Source of the DNA: an uncultured Phycisphaerales bacterium
Lineage (GTDB): Bacteria; Planctomycetota; Phycisphaerae; Sedimentisphaerales; Anaerobacaceae
DNA length: 64,000 nt
Assembly: GCA_963718665.1 (NCBI GenBank)
Contig: OY970359.1
Coordinates: 1,600,001-1,664,000, forward strand
Reading direction: 5' to 3'
The notes beneath the pieces are model-generated. The model was not told the DNA's origin and did not search any database. It saw nothing but the letters and a program-made list of their open reading frames with translations. A program made the position numbers and the translations under genes. This document shows, piece by piece, positions 60,149-64,000 of the stretch. Every line of letters starts with the position of its first letter. Position 1 is the first letter of the stretch.

Positions 60149-61666
60149 ATGGGATTTGACGTGAAGATATTTGGGGACGGATTCGATGCGGAGTATCTGG
60201 AATGGTTAGTGGAGCAGCGTTGGCCACAGATACAGGTACACTTCGGGAAGATGTGGGAGTATTACGCGAACCCGATAATGGATTTACATAAGGGAGCTAA
60301 TCATTCCGTCGAGCAGAAGATCAATGAAAGCGGCAAGTGCTATGTTCAGGCGCAGGAGTATGGGCTGCCGGCGAGGATAACCGGACTGGCGCGGTGCGCG
60401 GAGGCGGGGGTGTATGGCGGGAGGCCAGTCGGGGACATACGCCGCAAAGAGGTGGTGATTGAGAATGATATAGCGTGGCGGGTAAACGCTGCTGTGGATT
60501 TTTTGTTTGGGAAACCAATAAGCGTGGTGTCCCGAGCCGCTGATGGCACGAAACGAGCAGAAATCGAAGGGATAATAAAGGCGGTTTTTTCGGCCAACGG
60601 CGGAATCGGGTTTTTGCAGGATATGGCGGTGCTCGGGGGCGTCTATGGGTTCGTCGATTGTATGGTCAGGCCTGGCCGGGAAATCTACGAGCGCATTTCG
60701 GACACTCCTTCAAACCTCAACTGCGAGGTTGTGCTTGAATTGGCACGCGCAATCGGGTTAGAGCTGATAGAGGCGCCTCGGGCACTGCCTGTTCTTGATG
60801 AGAATGATTATCGAAAAGTGGTTTACTATGTTCAGCATTTTCGGCAGGTGAAGAATCAACTGACGGGCGGCGGGGTGTTGCAGCGGCTGTTTGGGCAGGA
60901 GGGGGACAAACGCAGAGTTGTGAGCGTGACGGAGATAACGTCGGCGGAGGCGTGGCAGAGGTATGAGAACAAGGAGCTTGTGGCAGAGGGGAAATTGCCC
61001 TGGGGATTTTTGCCTGTGGTTCACATTCAGAATCTGGCTCAGCCATTTTACTACGAGGGACAGAGCGACGTTGAGCCGTTGATGCCGATACAGGACGAGT
61101 TGAACACGAGGTTATCTGACAGGGCCAGCCGGATAACGATGCAGTCGTTCAAGATGTACCTTGGCAAGGGGATAGAGGGTTTCGCGGAGAAGCCCGTGTC
61201 GCCGGGAGTGATGTGGCATACGGATAATCCGGACGCGGCGATAGAGGAGTTCGGGGGTGACGAGGACCATCCGAGCGAGAGCGCGCACATAGAAGAGATG
61301 CGCGAGGCGATGGATAAAATCAGCGGAATGACGCCTTTGGTGGCGGGGGTGATTCGCACGAAGCTGGGGAATCTGACGAGCGCGGTTGCGCTTAGGTTGA
61401 CGATGATGGGGATGCTGTCAAAAACGGAGCGCAAGAGATTTACATACGGCGAGGGGCTTAAGAGGATTGTGGAGATGGTCCTGGAGATTTTGGACAAGGC
61501 GAACATCTACAAGACAAGTGAGCAGGACAGGGACGTTGAGGTAATTTTCCCGGACCCGCTGCCTGAGAATGAGATGGAAAAGCTTGATGAGGCAAAGGCG
61601 AAGAAAGAGCTTGGCGTGCCTATTGAGCGAGTGTTGAAAGAGCTTGGGTATGAAACAGTTGTGTAA
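60149..61666 (+). CDS. Phage portal protein (SPP1 gp6-like)
   Basis: VNAAVDFLFGKP, FLPVVHIQN, GQSDVEPLMPIQDELN, TSAVALR, VIFPDPLP; RBS before ATG 60149. Confidence 0.85.
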   Translation: MGFDVKIFGDGFDAEYLEWLVEQRWPQIQVHFGKMWEYYANPIMDLHKGANHSVEQKINESGKCYVQAQEYGLPARITGLARCAEAGVYGGRPVGDIRRKEVVIENDIAWRVNAAVDFLFGKPISVVSRAADGTKRAEIEGIIKAVFSANGGIGFLQDMAVLGGVYGFVDCMVRPGREIYERISDTPSNLNCEVVLELARAIGLELIEAPRALPVLDENDYRKVVYYVQHFRQVKNQLTGGGVLQRLFGQEGDKRRVVSVTEITSAEAWQRYENKELVAEGKLPWGFLPVVHIQNLAQPFYYEGQSDVEPLMPIQDELNTRLSDRASRITMQSFKMYLGKGIEGFAEKPVSPGVMWHTDNPDAAIEEFGGDEDHPSESAHIEEMREAMDKISGMTPLVAGVIRTKLGNLTSAVALRLTMMGMLSKTERKRFTYGEGLKRIVEMVLEILDKANIYKTSEQDRDVEVIFPDPLPENEMEKLDEAKAKKELGVPIERVLKELGYETVV

Positions 61667-61714
61667 AAAAGGCAAAAGGAAAAAATAAAAAGGTAAAAGT
61701 TAAAAGGAGGAAGT

Positions 61715-62233
61715 ATGAGTCAAGTTGACGAAGGGGTACTGCCAGGGGCAGAAGAGGGACAAGGCGAGGTTGATGACGTGAAATTTGTTCCTGTGGGTGA
61801 ATCGATAAGGTATCGCAGGCGGGCACAGGGCGCTGAGAAACGGGTTGAGGAGCTTGCGGGAGAGCTGGTTGAGGCGAAAACTGAGGCGACGAGGTTGGCT
61901 GATGAGCTTAAGGCGACGCAGCAGGAACAGGAATTGATGAGACGGCTGGCTTCGGAGGGGACACGTGATTTGGAGGCGGCGATGCTGATAGCTAAGTCAC
62001 GATTAGCCGGGACAGATAAGGCAGATTTGAATGACGTTGTGGAGCAGTTGAAGAAGGAGAAGCAGTATCTGTTTGGCGAAAAGACGTCGGGGAGTGTGGC
62101 TGTGAGGACATCGCCGGCGAAAGAGCAGAGAAGTGGAGCCGGAGCGCTCGAGCGGTCGGCCAAGAGGGCCGCGGGGACAGGCAGCAGGAGTGATTTGCAG
62201 GAGTATATGAGAAAACGGAGAAGCATTGTTTAA
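61715..62233 (+). CDS. Putative capsid scaffolding protein
   Basis: Acidic N-terminus, coiled coil, LKKEKQYLF, basic C-terminus; lies between portal and capsid. Confidence 0.7.
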   Translation: MSQVDEGVLPGAEEGQGEVDDVKFVPVGESIRYRRRAQGAEKRVEELAGELVEAKTEATRLADELKATQQEQELMRRLASEGTRDLEAAMLIAKSRLAGTDKADLNDVVEQLKKEKQYLFGEKTSGSVAVRTSPAKEQRSGAGALERSAKRAAGTGSRSDLQEYMRKRRSIV

Positions 62234-62330
62234 CTGTTGTTGAAATGAAATGTTCATAGTTTGTTGTTCGTAGTTTATTGCAATGAACAATGAACACAGA
62301 ACACCGGACAATTAGGAAGGAGACAAACAC

Positions 62331-63485
62331 ATGGCATTTACAGGAAAAGCGACGTATTCGGCAGGGACGAGTTTGCCGGAATTGGCGGAAGATGTGGCGG
62401 ATTTAATCGGGATAGTATCGCCTTATGAGACGCCATTGCTGGACGCATTAGGCGACCCATTGAGAGAGGCGACAAGCATACATCACGAGTGGCTGGAAGA
62501 TGAGTTGCTACCGAACAAGGACGCGGTGAACGATAGCACGTTTACGGACCCGGATATTGACACGCAATTTGTGGTTGATAACGGGAGCAGGTTCAGGGTT
62601 GGCGACCAGATACAAATTGAGGGAAGCCGAGAACTGATGCTGGTTGTCGGAGTGAACGGCAACACGCTGACGGTGACTCGCGGGTACGGTGGAACATTGC
62701 CCGATAATCTGGCTGACAACCAGGTAATCAACATCCTGGGCAACGCGGCATTGGAAGGTGATGACAAGCCGGGGACAAGGTTTACCAATCGCAGCAGGCG
62801 AGGCAACTATACGCAGATATTCACAGCGACGGTTGAGGTGTCGGGGACGGATATTGCGGCAAGTCATCTTGGACTGGCAGATGAGATGGATTATCAGAAG
62901 CAGGAGCGGTTGCGTGAGCTTATTCGAGACCTTGAGAACACGGTCATCAACGGAGGTCAGCCGACGAGCAGTCCGCAGGGCGGGGACACAGCGAGACGGA
63001 CAATGAAGGGTGTTGTGCAGCATCTTGCGACGAACGTGTTCCGAACAGGCGACAGCGGATTCCCGATGGGAGCGGACCTTGATGAGGCGAAGATTAACTA
63101 CGCGCTTAGGGAAATCTGGGCGAGCAGCAGCGGGAATGTTGACCTGATAGTCGTGGGCGGTTTTCAGAAGCGGAAGATAAACAGTTTTGTGTCGAGCAGC
63201 AGGAGTTACGCGGCAGGGGACACGAAGTTTACCGACCTGGTGAACGTCTATGAGAGCGATTTCGGCGTCTGCCGGATAGTGACGACGCGCTGGCTGCCGC
63301 AGGATACGGTTCTGCTTCTGGATTCGTCGCGGATAGCGGTATTGCCCTTGGCGGGGAGGAGTTTCTACTTCAAACCATTGGCAAGCAGCGGCGATTATGA
63401 ATGCGGGGAGCTGATAGGCGAATACACGGTGGAGCTGAAGAACGAGGCGGCACACGGGATAATTCGAGGACTTAGCGTTAGTTAG
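62331..63485 (+). CDS. Major capsid protein (DUF5309/SU10-like, HK97 fold) with inserted beta domain
   Basis: SPYETPLL, HEWLEDEL, NYTQIF...VSGT, YESDFG, GEYTVELKNEAAHG. Confidence 0.85.
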   Translation: MAFTGKATYSAGTSLPELAEDVADLIGIVSPYETPLLDALGDPLREATSIHHEWLEDELLPNKDAVNDSTFTDPDIDTQFVVDNGSRFRVGDQIQIEGSRELMLVVGVNGNTLTVTRGYGGTLPDNLADNQVINILGNAALEGDDKPGTRFTNRSRRGNYTQIFTATVEVSGTDIAASHLGLADEMDYQKQERLRELIRDLENTVINGGQPTSSPQGGDTARRTMKGVVQHLATNVFRTGDSGFPMGADLDEAKINYALREIWASSSGNVDLIVVGGFQKRKINSFVSSSRSYAAGDTKFTDLVNVYESDFGVCRIVTTRWLPQDTVLLLDSSRIAVLPLAGRSFYFKPLASSGDYECGELIGEYTVELKNEAAHGIIRGLSVS

Positions 63486-63565
63486 CGTTTAGCGGGCAGC
63501 GGATAGCGTATAGGAAACTACCTAACACTATCCGCAAGGCCCGCAGCTAAAGAAGGGAGTGAAAT

Positions 63566-64000
63566 ATGGTCAGGTTGTGTGATGACAGAGACATTTTGAA
63601 GATTGAGCCGGCGTTGTTCGGGGAATTGTATCCTGCTAACCAGGTTATCGCGGCGGGAACGGCAGGTGTGCTTGTTGGGACGACATTTGAGGCGAGTGGG
63701 GCGAATTTTGTGTCGGCTGGGGTCGAGGCGGGAGATTGTGTTTATCTGAGGTCGGCGGACGGAGTTCTCGACGGCGTGTATGAGATTGCGGCGGTGGATT
63801 CAGCGATGCAGTTGTGTGTGTCGGTTTTGCGGGTAGATTCGGAGGCAGACCCGATAGCTCCGCCGACAGTGAGTGATATTTCTTATCGGATAAGCACATT
63901 CAAGCCACAAATTGCGGATGTGAGCTTGAGGTTGATGGAATACCTGTGGATTAAGCCGGGGCAGGTAATCGGAGATGTTTCGGTGGATGAGATTCTCGAT
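63566..64000 (+). CDS. Putative virion structural / head-completion protein, 3' end off window
   Basis: GAAGGGAG RBS; open frame MVRLCDDRDILKIEPALF... for 145 codons to the edge; not in the ORF track. Confidence 0.7.
   Translation, partial: MVRLCDDRDILKIEPALFGELYPANQVIAAGTAGVLVGTTFEASGANFVSAGVEAGDCVYLRSADGVLDGVYEIAAVDSAMQLCVSVLRVDSEADPIAPPTVSDISYRISTFKPQIADVSLRLMEYLWIKPGQVIGDVSVDEILD

Noticed and set aside
59480..60227. Minus-strand ORFs 59480-59791, 59650-59877 and 59859-60227
   Set aside because: Translations of repeats and of the non-coding element; the frames are not preserved in copy 1
62331..63485. Encapsulin nanocompartment
   Set aside because: Adjacent portal and scaffold genes and DUF5309-type motifs indicate a phage-type head; no cargo enzyme adjacent
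1..64000. CRISPR array, cas genes, reverse transcriptase (retron/DGR), integrase or transposase
   Set aside because: No repeat-spacer array and no ORF with the diagnostic motifs was seen

Overview
Bacterial chromosomal window, probably Planctomycetota (Phycisphaerae/Sedimentisphaerales-like); this is inferred from gene content and repeat style, not searched. Most of it is housekeeping or envelope genes: a NarL-type two-component pair, pyrR-pyrB-pyrC, degP, mscS/mscL, bfr, dnaA, tRNA-Leu(TAA), a Re-citrate-synthase-like gene, thrC, miaA, ispA, dxs, nadK and a DinG-like helicase. It also holds three tandem GH5 genes, a GH44, an ArnT/ArnC/YdjC/phosphatase cluster and three prepilin-type genes. 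The standout is a ~382-bp non-coding element present twice, 31 kb apart (28770-29151 and 59643-60024). It carries 13-bp iterated repeats and palindromes with compensatory changes. One copy precedes a lone HNH-AP2 endonuclease gene; the other precedes a host-like phage head operon (portal-scaffold-capsid-next gene) with no terminase, integrase or replication genes on its left. This is a candidate domesticated, GTA-like system with a shared regulatory cassette. Five apparent frameshifts, all in simple-sequence runs, are most likely sequencing errors.
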